Source: Candidatus Fraserbacteria bacterium
GTDB taxonomy: Bacteria; Bipolaricaulota; Bipolaricaulia; RBG-16-55-9; DRXL01
Direction: 5' to 3'
Assembly (NCBI GenBank): GCA_947085185.1
Contig: CAMTVK010000019.1
Span: forward strand, 13,892-77,891
DNA: 64,000 bases
Shown piece after piece: positions 8,885-18,220 of the stretch; within the stretch, counting starts at the first letter, position 1, and every line of letters begins with the position of its first letter. The notes beneath the pieces are model-generated. The model was not told the origin of the DNA. It searched no databases and was given only the letters and a program-made list of their open reading frames with translations. A program made the translations under genes and the position numbers.

Positions 8885-9552
8885 GCGTCATACTGGTGAT
8901 TTTGCTTGAGTGCAAGCTCTTCGATCAACTTTGGAATCTGGCGGAAGTCATCCGTATGCGCTGCAGCGACTTTGGTCAGCTCTGGGTCCTTGGGCGCAAA
9001 TGCGATCGCCAAGCCGGCGCTTTTCATCACGGGGATATCATTGAGATGGTCCCCAACAAAGCAGACTTCTTTCGGATCTAAGCCCTCACGCCGGCACAGC
9101 TCCAGAAAATGACGATCTTTCCCCCAAAGATAGACGCGCTGCTCGCACTCGCCCGTGAAGACCCCGTCGCACACTCGCAGCCCGTTAGCAAGATAAAAGT
9201 CCATCCCCAGGTCATCACAGATATATGCAGCGATACGGTCGAGCCCGCTCGTGAGAATCCCCAGTTTGTACTGACGCTTGAGCTGTGCTATGGTCTCGCG
9301 GGCGCCGGGCGTGTACGGCGGCGGCAAGATCGCCCTGTAGATCTTCTCAGCAGAGATGCCCTTCAAAAGCCGCGCGTTAGCCTCCGTCCACTCCCAGTAC
9401 AACTCTCTTTTAGGAAAGTAATGCTCCATCAAGCAATCCCATTGCTCTTTGAGCCCAGCAGCATACCCAAGAGCATCCCAACTGCTCTGGAAGGGCCCAT
9501 CGTACTGCACAAGCGTCCCGTCCATGTCGAAGATCACAGCTTTGATCGTCAC
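8875..9552 (-). CDS. HAD-superfamily hydrolase (phosphoserine-phosphatase-like)
   Basis: Motif I FDMDGTL and a C-terminal GDHLNDIPVMKSAG motif. Confidence 0.75.
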   Translation of the reverse strand: MTIKAVIFDMDGTLVQYDGPFQSSWDALGYAAGLKEQWDCLMEHYFPKRELYWEWTEANARLLKGISAEKIYRAILPPPYTPGARETIAQLKRQYKLGILTSGLDRIAAYICDDLGMDFYLANGLRVCDGVFTGECEQRVYLWGKDRHFLELCRREGLDPKEVCFVGDHLNDIPVMKSAGLAIAFAPKDPELTKVAAAHTDDFRQIPKLIEELALKQNHQYDAQR

Positions 9553-9653
9553 GGTGCCTCCTCACTCTGAAAGCATAAGTTTACCACACCCTTGCCAGGC
9601 TGTGCCAACTGCGCTACAATGCCCTCTAGACTCTCGTAGGAAAGGAGCACCCT

Positions 9654-11366
9654 ATGCCCATATCGCTCGAAAACTTGCCCAGTGAGTTTCACCGGAAGTT
9701 CGTGCCAGCTCACGCAAATCTTGGAGACTGGGATCAAATCAAACCCTTGCTCGAAGAGCTGGAGCGTCGCCCTATCAAAACGGCGACTGATCTTGAGCAA
9801 TGGTTACTCGACTCTTCTGAACTTGGTGCAGCCATCGGCGAAGAAGCCGCCGTCCGCCGCATCCGCATGACGTGTGATACCGAGAACGAAGAATATCGTA
9901 GAGCGTTCTTGCACTTTGTCGAGAACATTCAGCCCAGGCTGAGAGAATACGGCCATCGGCTCAATGTGAAATATGTGCAGAGTCCCACTCGCGAGAGCTT
10001 GCCCAAGTCACGCTACTTCGTCTACGACCGCAGCACCGCCAACCAAGTCGAGATCTTCCGTGAAGAGAATATCCCACTCATGACTGAGGCTACGAAGCTC
10101 GCTCAAAAGTATCAAGTGATATCTGGGGCGCAGACGGTGCATTTCGACGGGCGCGAGCAGACTCTGCAACAGATGGCAAAATACTTAGAAGAGCCCGATA
10201 GGGCGCTGCGCCAGAGCGCGTGGGAGAAGATCGAAGAACGCCGCCTCACAGATCGCGAGGCTTTCAACGAACTGTATGATCAGCTGATCGAGCTGCGCCA
10301 AAAGATCGCCCAGAACGCGGGATTTGCAAACTATCGCGATTATGTCTTCAAAGCGTTCGAGCGCTTTGAGTACACTCCCGAGGACTGCCGGCGCTATCAC
10401 GATGCCGTCGAAAGATATATAGTGCCGTTGATGCGCGAGCTTCAGGGGAGACGGCAGCGCGAGATGGGCCTTGCTGAACTGCGCCCTTGGGATCTGGCGG
10501 CAGACCCGCAGGGGCGACCGCCACTGCGCCCCTTCCAGAGAGCTCAAGAACTCATTGACGGCTGCCACGAGATCTTTTATCAGCTCGACAGCGAGCTTGG
10601 GGCCCAGTTTCGCCGCATGGCCGAGCTCAATCTCTTTGACTTAGAGAGCCGCAAGGGCAAAGCCCCCGGCGGCTACCAAGCAACACTAACTGAGCGCCGG
10701 CTGCCGTTTATCTTTATGAATGCTGTCGGGCGCAATGCCGATTTGCGAACGATGCTCCACGAATCGGGTCACGCATTCCACACGATGGCCACGCGCACTG
10801 AATCATTACTGAGCTATCGCCATGCGCCGACGGAGTTTTCCGAAGTCGCTTCGATGGGTATGGAGCTGCTCTCTCAGCCATATCTGACGACCTTTTACTC
10901 TGCTGATGAAGCCCAGCGCGCTGCGCGCGAACACCTTGAGGGGATAGTCTATCTGCTGCCGTGGGTCGCAACGATTGATGCGTTTCAGCATTGGGTCTAC
11001 ACGCATCCTGGGCACAGTGTTGCTGAGCGTGAAGCCTATTGGCTAGAGCTGCGTCGGCGCTTTGGCGGGATCGAGAATTGGGCTGGCTATGAAGAAGCCC
11101 AGCGCAACTTCTGGCAGCGCCAGCTCCACCTCTACCTGCACCCGTTCTATTATATTGAGTATGGGATTGCACAACTGGGGGCGCTGCAGCTTTATGCGCG
11201 CGCCAAGAGAGATCCTCAAGAAGCTCTTCTTGCGTACAAGCGGGCCTTAGCGCTTGGGGGCTCGCGGCCGTTGCCAGAGCTCTTTGCCGCCGCGGGGCTG
11301 AAGTTCGACTTCGGCGAGAAGACCGTCAGCCAAGCAGCAGCACTGCTGCGCCATGAGCTCTTATAA
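9654..11366 (+). CDS. pepF: M3B oligoendopeptidase F
   Basis: 570 aa with the HEXXH zinc site in MLHESGHAFH. A TTGCCA-N17-TACAAT promoter lies upstream. Confidence 0.85.
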   Translation: MPISLENLPSEFHRKFVPAHANLGDWDQIKPLLEELERRPIKTATDLEQWLLDSSELGAAIGEEAAVRRIRMTCDTENEEYRRAFLHFVENIQPRLREYGHRLNVKYVQSPTRESLPKSRYFVYDRSTANQVEIFREENIPLMTEATKLAQKYQVISGAQTVHFDGREQTLQQMAKYLEEPDRALRQSAWEKIEERRLTDREAFNELYDQLIELRQKIAQNAGFANYRDYVFKAFERFEYTPEDCRRYHDAVERYIVPLMRELQGRRQREMGLAELRPWDLAADPQGRPPLRPFQRAQELIDGCHEIFYQLDSELGAQFRRMAELNLFDLESRKGKAPGGYQATLTERRLPFIFMNAVGRNADLRTMLHESGHAFHTMATRTESLLSYRHAPTEFSEVASMGMELLSQPYLTTFYSADEAQRAAREHLEGIVYLLPWVATIDAFQHWVYTHPGHSVAEREAYWLELRRRFGGIENWAGYEEAQRNFWQRQLHLYLHPFYYIEYGIAQLGALQLYARAKRDPQEALLAYKRALALGGSRPLPELFAAAGLKFDFGEKTVSQAAALLRHELL

Positions 11367-12110
11367 CCTGCGCCACGGCAGCGCCCAGCGCTCCAGCAGC
11401 GTCAGCAGCCCAAAGAGCCCTATACCCAACAGAGCTAACGCCAAGATCGCCGCGAAGACTAAATCAGTCTTGAGCGTCGCGTTGGCGCGCAGCATCACAT
11501 AGCCCAAGCCCGCTTGCGCTCCCACCCACTCGCCGATCACCGCGCCCACGACGCTGAGCGTGATCCCCACCCGCGCCCCAGAAAAGAGAAACGGCAACGC
11601 TGAGGGAAGCTGCACCTTTCGCAAGATCTGACGCTTTGAGGCGCCAAAAATCTTTAGCAGATCTATCAAATCGGGGTCGGCCGCCCGCAGGCCATCTACC
11701 GTGTTCACAACAATGGGAAAGAACGCGATGATCGCCGCTACGGTCACTTTGGGCCAGATCGTAAACCCCAGCCAAAGCTTGAGCAACGGCGCAATGGCAA
11801 AGAGCGGCATGTTCTGCAAGAAAATAATAATGGGGTAGAAGACGCGTTCGAGTGTCTTACTGTAGAAGATCGCTAGCGCCAACGCGAACGCGCTCACCAG
11901 CGCGATCACAAACCCCAGAGCGATCTCGCCCAGCGTGACGAGAAAGTGCTCAGCGAGCAGCGAAAAATCCAAGACAAAGCGCGTGGCGATCTGACTTGGC
12001 GGAGGGAGAAGAAACACCGGCACCCCTGCCAGACGCACGGATGCTTCCCATGCGACCAGCAGCCCACCAAACACCAACACCGCTGGATGGATGAGGCGAC
12101 GACTCAACAA
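11361..12110 (-). CDS. ABC transporter permease, NitT/TauT (SsuC-like) family
   Basis: 249 aa, six transmembrane segments. No cognate ATPase or substrate-binding protein is adjacent. Confidence 0.7.
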   Translation of the reverse strand: MLSRRLIHPAVLVFGGLLVAWEASVRLAGVPVFLLPPPSQIATRFVLDFSLLAEHFLVTLGEIALGFVIALVSAFALALAIFYSKTLERVFYPIIIFLQNMPLFAIAPLLKLWLGFTIWPKVTVAAIIAFFPIVVNTVDGLRAADPDLIDLLKIFGASKRQILRKVQLPSALPFLFSGARVGITLSVVGAVIGEWVGAQAGLGYVMLRANATLKTDLVFAAILALALLGIGLFGLLTLLERWALPWRRL

Positions 12111-12844
12111 TGACTCCCTCTCAGATCTCTCAAGCCCTTAGGGGTCGGACAGTCAGGCGTCACAGTCACGGTGACGTCCTTGGATGCGCTGAACGCCCCA
12201 TCACTGACGGTCAAACGAAAGACGAGTGTGGACGGTTCGGCTGGCGCAAGAAAGATCGCATAGAGAGTCTCAGCCCCAAAGAGCAAGACCGGCGGCCCTG
12301 AGATCTGATCCCAGCGATAGCGCAAGAGGTCACCGTCTGGGTCTGAACTGTCAAACGCGCTGAGCAAGACGATCTGATAGGGTGTGACGGTCTGATCGGG
12401 ATTCGTGGCAGCTTGCGGAGGCTGATTGGCCCGTACATAAATTCTGAGCTCTCTCGAGACGCTCTCGTAGTCTGTGCGCGCGATGAAGCGGACTAGTAGG
12501 GGCTCTTCGGGGTTGGTGACGTGCGCTTCGGTCGGGGTGAAGGTGAAGACTTGGACGGCCTCGCCTTGGCGCCAGACCGACTCAAACGATGCGTTATCTG
12601 GGAGCCAGCTTGCGATCAATTTGATAGGAACCCACAAGGGCATGCCACGGGCTTGCACCCAGACCTGGAGTGTCTGTCCAAGCCGCATGGTGCATGCGAG
12701 GGCTCCCTCAAGATCAGGAGCGCAGAGGGCCCAGGGGCCAAAGAGCTCAAGATCGAGCTGAACTGAAGCCATCTGAGCCTGTGTGACCGATGGGACGAAC
12801 ACCGCCACAAGAGCGAATACGAGCACGATCCTGACAGACTTCAT
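12104..12844 (-). CDS. secreted protein with C-terminal PKD-like domain
   Basis: Signal peptide MKSVRIVLVFALVAVFVPSVTQA, then DPDGDLLRYRWDQISGP...FRLTVSDGAFSASKDVTVTV. Confidence 0.5.
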   Translation of the reverse strand: MKSVRIVLVFALVAVFVPSVTQAQMASVQLDLELFGPWALCAPDLEGALACTMRLGQTLQVWVQARGMPLWVPIKLIASWLPDNASFESVWRQGEAVQVFTFTPTEAHVTNPEEPLLVRFIARTDYESVSRELRIYVRANQPPQAATNPDQTVTPYQIVLLSAFDSSDPDGDLLRYRWDQISGPPVLLFGAETLYAIFLAPAEPSTLVFRLTVSDGAFSASKDVTVTVTPDCPTPKGLRDLRGSHC

Positions 12845-13059
12845 AACTCCCCCTTTAACTGATGATCGCGTGGTAGCTTATTCTAGCACACAGACGGGGA
12901 GGATGTCTATTCTGATGCTCTTCATAGCTGTTGCCACTCCACTATCAATCTTCACAACACACTGCGCATCTCGCGCTTGCACTCCCGGAGCGTCCTCCCA
13001 AAGGCAATAGCTCCTGGGCATGGGCGGATAGTGCCGCAGTATGTGCCGTCTTCCAACGA

Positions 13060-13330
13060 AGTCTACACCATGAACAAGAGCGAAGCAAGACGCCAACTCG
13101 TGCAGACCTCCCTGAAGACGGGCTCCATTGCCCGCACCGCCCGGCTCTGGCAGACCAGCCGTCGGTGGTACGCACCTGGGTGCGCCGCTTCCAAGCCCAG
13201 GGCCAGGCCGGGCTGGCCGACCGCAGCCGCCGCCCACATTCCTGTCCACGCCAGACTCAACCGGCTCTGCTTGGATCGCATCTCGACCGATTGGGTCCTA
13301 GTAACCATCTCTTGACCCATTACAGCCTTG
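13060..13330 (+). pseudogene. IS481-family transposase N-terminal remnant (frameshifted)
   Basis: Two frames together read ...SIARTARLWQTSRRWY / VRTWVRRFQAQGQAGLADRSRRPHSCPRQT...DRLGP. This matches the IS481 HTH region (RYRAEGEAGLQDRSSRPHRSPRRT...LRLGP). No DDE domain is present. Confidence 0.55.
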
Positions 13331-13438
13331 GGCCGGCGGATCAATCCGCCGGCTCAGCAGATAGAAGCGTGCTGAAGCACGCTCCCTAGTCTGCGGGCTT
13401 CCATCTTCTGAGCCGGATGCTTCATCCGGCCATTTGCT

Positions 13439-14734
13439 CTATCTATGAGCAAGGTGTTGGCATTGCGGAAGATCAGGGTTCTGAGGTTGCTGTAAGTTTA
13501 ACTGATATTCGCCCGATCCTTTCTCCCCACGGGTTACTACCACGTGCAGGAGCGTGTACGCCGCGGGCTGGCTGAGAACGCACTCCTCGGTGAGCGGGAA
13601 GACCTCATAGCTTCCCGAAAGTCTTTGAGCCACAATATGCACGCGAAACTCCGTGTCGGGACTGCCGCGGAAGCGCAGCGCCAGCGATTTTTCAGACTTG
13701 GGCGTGATGCGCAAGAAGTGTATTCCATAAGGGTGGCGCACCACTAAGGGTGCTCCAGCATTGATGATCTCCTCTGGAGCTGGGCAAGTCTCTATTGTCC
13801 ATTGCAAGCCACTTGTCTCTCCTTCTAAAGATCGTCTGGAGCAGATCTGGGGGTAGGGATTCCCCCAATTGCTCTGCTCTATGGTGAGGGCCTTTTGGCC
13901 TGTCCACTCCCCGATGAAGACCGGCACGGGCACGTAGGAGGTCTCCTCTTCCGCGCGCGGGTAGAGCCACTGGGCGTCTCGAAGATCTCGTGCGGCCAAG
14001 GCCACTGCGAACTCCGTCCAGAGTTCCAAGAAGGGCTTGCCGACCAGCTTACCCAGTTCCCGACGCCAAGCCGGCCATCCCTCGGTCTTGATAGCTTCAA
14101 AGAGACGCCGGATGAGTTCTGCACCGCCATAGCGATCAGCAACGTAGCGCCAGAAGAGCCAGCCTCCGTAGGCGGAGAAAGTATACTTCTTCAGGTCAAC
14201 ATCAGTGGCCCCTAGGAGTAAATGGCGAGCGCCTACTGTGCAATCTGGCCCAGCACGAGAGAAGATCTCATAGGAAGCCCAAACAGCCGTGCCCTCAATG
14301 AGAAAGCCATCCCTCGCTCTGAGGACCCCATACCCCAAGTCTTGGATGGTATGAAAGAACTCGTGGGCCCCGGTAACCTGCCAGCAAAGATACTCATTAT
14401 GTGCAAGCAAGGGAATAGGACCAAACCATCCCCACCTGTGTTGTCCTCCGCGGAATTTATGCTTGACCACGAAGTGTTGATAAGCCCACTCCTTACCCCA
14501 AGCAAGGGCTATTACCATTGGTCTAGCCGCCGGATCTTTATACGCGATCGTAAAGTGTGGGGTCCGAAATAACAGGCTGCCCTCCGACGATACTTCGGAC
14601 CCCCGAGGTCGCTCAGCAGCAGGGGCTGCGGATAATACCAAGGTGAGGAGCGCTACCGTTAGCGCATAAGCCACCCCTTTATGTAGCCCTCTTGAACGAG
14701 ATGGGTGCAAGCTTGTATCTTTTAACGGAAACAT
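13439..14734 (-). CDS. secreted putative zinc metallopeptidase (HEXXH)
   Basis: N-terminal signal/anchor, then GAHEFFHTIQ (HExxH). 431 aa. Overlaps the upstream gene by 13 nt. Confidence 0.5.
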   Translation of the reverse strand: MFPLKDTSLHPSRSRGLHKGVAYALTVALLTLVLSAAPAAERPRGSEVSSEGSLLFRTPHFTIAYKDPAARPMVIALAWGKEWAYQHFVVKHKFRGGQHRWGWFGPIPLLAHNEYLCWQVTGAHEFFHTIQDLGYGVLRARDGFLIEGTAVWASYEIFSRAGPDCTVGARHLLLGATDVDLKKYTFSAYGGWLFWRYVADRYGGAELIRRLFEAIKTEGWPAWRRELGKLVGKPFLELWTEFAVALAARDLRDAQWLYPRAEEETSYVPVPVFIGEWTGQKALTIEQSNWGNPYPQICSRRSLEGETSGLQWTIETCPAPEEIINAGAPLVVRHPYGIHFLRITPKSEKSLALRFRGSPDTEFRVHIVAQRLSGSYEVFPLTEECVLSQPAAYTLLHVVVTRGEKGSGEYQLNLQQPQNPDLPQCQHLAHR

Positions 14735-15903
14735 GGAATCTGTCTATACCCACAGACTAAAAACCCGAAAATTGGAACGGTCTCGCATTCCCATCTCACA
14801 CACACGCAGCCAAGGGGGAGATTGAAGCAGTAGAATTCGGGCGGGAAGGGAATTTCGCCACCGCATGAAGCAGGGGAGCCGTCATCGCTGCTAAAGGTAA
14901 AGCAGACCTGCTGTGCCAGTGGAACTAGCCGAGTTCGCGGCTGGCTTGACGTTCCCATTTGGCTTCCGCAACTCGAGCGCATTGGCCCTTGCTTCACCGA
15001 TCCCACGATAACTTCCCCGGACTCCGACCAGCTCCGGGCTTCAAGAATGACGACTTGGTTGCCTGTCCGTGTGCTAATGATCAACCAAACCTCTCGTCTG
15101 GTTTCATCAATGCCTGCGCTGGCCCAGCCTTTGGTAATCCCACGCTGCTTCAGGAAGTCAGCGGCTTGTTGCAGGACACCACGAATCTGATCTGGATTCA
15201 AGGAGAGCAGAGAGCTTGTGGCCCCACTCGCTTGTCGATAGTCTCTGCGTCGCCCTTGAGAGGTCACCGCCGTAGCATTCGACCCCTGAGGAGTACGGAA
15301 ATAGAGAATCTCTCCTTGAGGATTGAAGGGGATCGAGATCACCACGTTCTGCGCTCCAGAAAATACCTTGGCCGCGTTGAGATTGGGCCTCAGCCCTTGT
15401 GATTCCAACTGCTGTTGCAGTTGCTGAACTTGAGGATCGGCCAGCGCCTGCACGATAAGAGCCTCGGCGCTGTTCTGAGAAACTCTAGCGAGACACAAGC
15501 CGTTTGCACTCTGAGTTGCCTGTGGGCCGGATGTTGGGAAGCTGACGAGCGTCTGCCGACCCGAGGAGCCAAGTAACGCCAACTTGCCCAGCTTACGTAC
15601 CAGCTTTCCCTCACTATTCCGAACCGTCACGACATAGAGATAGACCCCGCTGGCTACACGACGCCCCTCATAGCTGAGCTTGTTCCACGAGAGGCTCGAA
15701 CAATTCAGAGCACCGCTGTCGAAGAGTCGTTGTCCCGTCAACCCGAAGACCTCCACGCGCATCTCTTGCGCCCCTTGGGCGGTGAAGCGCACTTGATCCG
15801 GCTCGATACTCAGTCTAACCGATAAACCTTCTCCTGCAAAACTGGGAACTCCGAAGACCAGCGCTAAGCCACCGAGCACGCTGAGCAGAACGAGCTTCTT
15901 CAT
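14722..15903 (-). CDS. secreted protein with N-terminal FlgD-Ig/T9SS-CTD-like beta-sandwich and Cys-rich C-terminus
   Basis: Signal peptide MKKLVLLSVLGGLALVFGVPSFA, then VEVFGLTGQRLF...SWN...GVYLYVVTV. The same module ends the S8 protease at 56380-56658. Confidence 0.5.
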   Translation of the reverse strand: MKKLVLLSVLGGLALVFGVPSFAGEGLSVRLSIEPDQVRFTAQGAQEMRVEVFGLTGQRLFDSGALNCSSLSWNKLSYEGRRVASGVYLYVVTVRNSEGKLVRKLGKLALLGSSGRQTLVSFPTSGPQATQSANGLCLARVSQNSAEALIVQALADPQVQQLQQQLESQGLRPNLNAAKVFSGAQNVVISIPFNPQGEILYFRTPQGSNATAVTSQGRRRDYRQASGATSSLLSLNPDQIRGVLQQAADFLKQRGITKGWASAGIDETRREVWLIISTRTGNQVVILEARSWSESGEVIVGSVKQGPMRSSCGSQMGTSSQPRTRLVPLAQQVCFTFSSDDGSPASCGGEIPFPPEFYCFNLPLGCVCVRWECETVPIFGFLVCGYRQIPCFR

Positions 15904-16017
15904 GAGAAATGCCTCCTTCTTAAATTTGTGATCTTGGGCCGTTCAACCGCCATACTGCTTTGGTTTTTGCGCCTCACCTCCTTGGACATCGTCTTCAGTG
16001 TTTTCACCCTTAAAGTA

Positions 16018-16079
16018 ATTATACCCCCCACTATTTATTTGTCAAGAGTAACCGGTCCCTGCGCCAAGAGATCGTTACC
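16018..16079 (-). promoter_or_regulatory. minus-strand sigma70-type promoter plus inverted copy 2 of the 27-bp element
   Basis: On the minus strand: cggtccctgcgccaagagatcgttacc (plus 16053-16079), 7 nt, TTGACA (plus 16040-16045), 16 nt, TATAAT (plus 16018-16023). It drives the 14722-15903 gene. Confidence 0.5.
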
Positions 16080-16185
16080 AGGGGGAGGTGTGGCAATGGC
16101 TCAAGAAAGCGGGCATCCTCTCACGGGCACGACTTTGGCAGAGTGCCCAAGGAGTTTGCGGTGCTGCCGCCCATTGTGTTAGATA

Positions 16186-16245
16186 GGATCTCGACCGATT
16201 GGGTCCTGGGCCCTGGTAACCATCTCTTGACCCATTACAACTTGT
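16186..16245 (+). repeat. second short IS481-family remnant (direct repeat of 13272-13325)
   Basis: atctcgaccgattgggtcct...gtaaccatctcttgacccattaca is shared with 13272-13325. It reads [17 protein letters not shown]. Confidence 0.6.
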
Positions 16246-16290
16246 CAAGATGATTATCCTTGGCTTATAATGCTCTGCAAGGAGGATTCT

Positions 16291-17946
16291 ATGGCCGTTG
16301 CAACAGAGATTCGCGCCCCACGCGGAACTCAGCTCACGTGCAAAAGCTGGCTCACCGAAGCCCCCATGAGAATGTTGATGAATAACTTAGACCCCGAAGT
16401 CGCCGGAGACCCAGCGAACTTAATCGTCTATGGCGGCACGGGCAAGGCCGCCCGATCTTGGCAAGACTTTTGGGCCATTGTCAATACCCTGAAAGAATTA
16501 GAGCTCGACGAGACGCTCTTGGTGCAGTCTGGCAAGCCCGTCGCAGTCTTCAAGACCCACCCCGATGCCCCCCGCGTGCTTATTGCAAATTCACTCTTAG
16601 TCCCCCATTGGGCGACGTGGGAGAAGTTCAGAGAATTAGAGCGCAAGGGCTTGATTATGTACGGCCAGATGACCGCGGGCAGTTGGATCTATATTGGCAC
16701 CCAAGGGATTCTGCAGGGTACCTATGAGACGTTGGCTTCGGTAGCGAAGAAGCACTTTGGCGGCTCTCTCAGAGGGAAATTTGTGCTGTCTGCAGGCCTG
16801 GGAGAGATGGGTGGCGCCCAGCCCCTCGCGATCACCATGAACGAGGGCGTCGGACTGATCGTCGAGATCAATTCCGAGAAGATCAAACGACGCTTGAAGA
16901 CAAACTATCTCGACACGTGGACGCATGATCTTGATGAAGCCCTCGATCTTGTGAGAGAGCACACGAGATCGGGGAGAGCAATCTCTCTTGGGCTTCTGGG
17001 CAATGCTGCCGACGTCTACCCTGAACTTGTCCGAAGGGGGATCATCCCCGACGTGGTCACCGACCAGACGGCAGCTCACGATGAGCTCAACGGCTACGTC
17101 CCCGGCGGCATGAGCTATGACGAAGCGCTGCAGCTGCGCCGCGAGAACCCACAGAGATATAGTGAGCTCTCGTTCGCATCGATGGTGCGGCACGTGCAAG
17201 CGATGATCGAGATGCAGAAAGCTGGCGCGGTTGTCTTCGATTATGGGAATAATTTACGGGGGCAGGCCCAGCGGGGCGGACACCCAAACCCCTTTCAGTT
17301 TCCAGGCTTTGTCCCGGCGTATATTCGACCGTTGTTCTGTGAGGGGAAAGGCCCGTTCCGCTGGGCAGCCCTCTCCGGCGACCCACAAGATATCTATAGG
17401 ACAGATCAAGCAATCCTTGAGCTCTTCCCCCATGACGAAGCCCTCTGCCGCTGGATCACGATGGCGCAAAAGCGCGTGAAGTTTCAGGGGTTGCCCGCGC
17501 GCATCTGTTGGCTGGGCTATGGCGACCGTGCCAAAGCCGGGCTCTACTTTAATGAACTGGTGCGCACGGGCGAGCTCAAAGCCCCCATTGTCATCGGGCG
17601 CGATCACTTGGATGCGGGCTCAGTCGCTTCGCCGTACAGGGAGACCGAAGGGATGAAGGACGGCTCGGATGCTATCGCGGACTGGCCCATTCTCAATGCG
17701 CTCTTGAATGCGGTCTGCGGGGCGACGTGGGTCTCGGTCCATCATGGTGGCGGTGTTGGCATTGGGAAGTCCATTCACGCAGGGATGGTGATCGTCTGCG
17801 ACGGCACCAAAGAAGCCGATAGGCGCTTAGAGCGCGTCTTGACGGCCGATCCGGGCCTAGGAGTAGTGCGCCACGCCGATGCCGGCTACGAAGAGGCGAT
17901 CAGGGTCGTTCGGGAGAAGGGCATCAGGATGCCGAGATTATTATAG
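16291..17946 (+). CDS. hutU: urocanate hydratase
   Basis: AAGGAGG 5 nt before ATG 16291. [25 protein letters not shown]...[10 protein letters not shown]. Confidence 0.9.
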   Translation: MAVATEIRAPRGTQLTCKSWLTEAPMRMLMNNLDPEVAGDPANLIVYGGTGKAARSWQDFWAIVNTLKELELDETLLVQSGKPVAVFKTHPDAPRVLIANSLLVPHWATWEKFRELERKGLIMYGQMTAGSWIYIGTQGILQGTYETLASVAKKHFGGSLRGKFVLSAGLGEMGGAQPLAITMNEGVGLIVEINSEKIKRRLKTNYLDTWTHDLDEALDLVREHTRSGRAISLGLLGNAADVYPELVRRGIIPDVVTDQTAAHDELNGYVPGGMSYDEALQLRRENPQRYSELSFASMVRHVQAMIEMQKAGAVVFDYGNNLRGQAQRGGHPNPFQFPGFVPAYIRPLFCEGKGPFRWAALSGDPQDIYRTDQAILELFPHDEALCRWITMAQKRVKFQGLPARICWLGYGDRAKAGLYFNELVRTGELKAPIVIGRDHLDAGSVASPYRETEGMKDGSDAIADWPILNALLNAVCGATWVSVHHGGGVGIGKSIHAGMVIVCDGTKEADRRLERVLTADPGLGVVRHADAGYEEAIRVVREKGIRMPRLL

Positions 17947-17959
17947 GAGGGCTGCAACT

Positions 17960-18220
17960 ATGAGCAAAACGCGCGGCGGCTTTCTGAGACCTTGGCAGGT
18001 CTCACAGTATCTGGGCATCTCTATAGAGCAAGTCTATGAGATGATAGAGTCTGGAGAACTGCCCGCAGAGAAGATCGAGGGGCGCTGGCGCATCAATCTC
18101 GAGAAGCTCGAGCGCTGGCTCGATGAGGATGTCCCCCCACAAGAGATAGAGAAACTTGCCAAGCGCCTCAACGTCAGCGAAGAAAAAGTCCAAGAGTTCT
18201 TCAAGAAAGTTGGGCGCTGA
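17960..18220 (+). CDS. excisionase-family helix-turn-helix DNA-binding protein
   Basis: GGAGGG ribosome-binding site. WQVSQYLGISIEQVYEMIESGELPAEKIEGRWRI matches the MerR-superfamily excisionase-type HTH. Confidence 0.6.
   Translation: MSKTRGGFLRPWQVSQYLGISIEQVYEMIESGELPAEKIEGRWRINLEKLERWLDEDVPPQEIEKLAKRLNVSEEKVQEFFKKVGR

Noticed and set aside
12931-13389. 152-aa and 112-aa ORFs at 12931-13389 / 12977-13315 as real genes.
   Set aside because: Their only recognisable content is two frames of an IS481 transposase HTH region. They are treated as a frameshifted pseudogene remnant.
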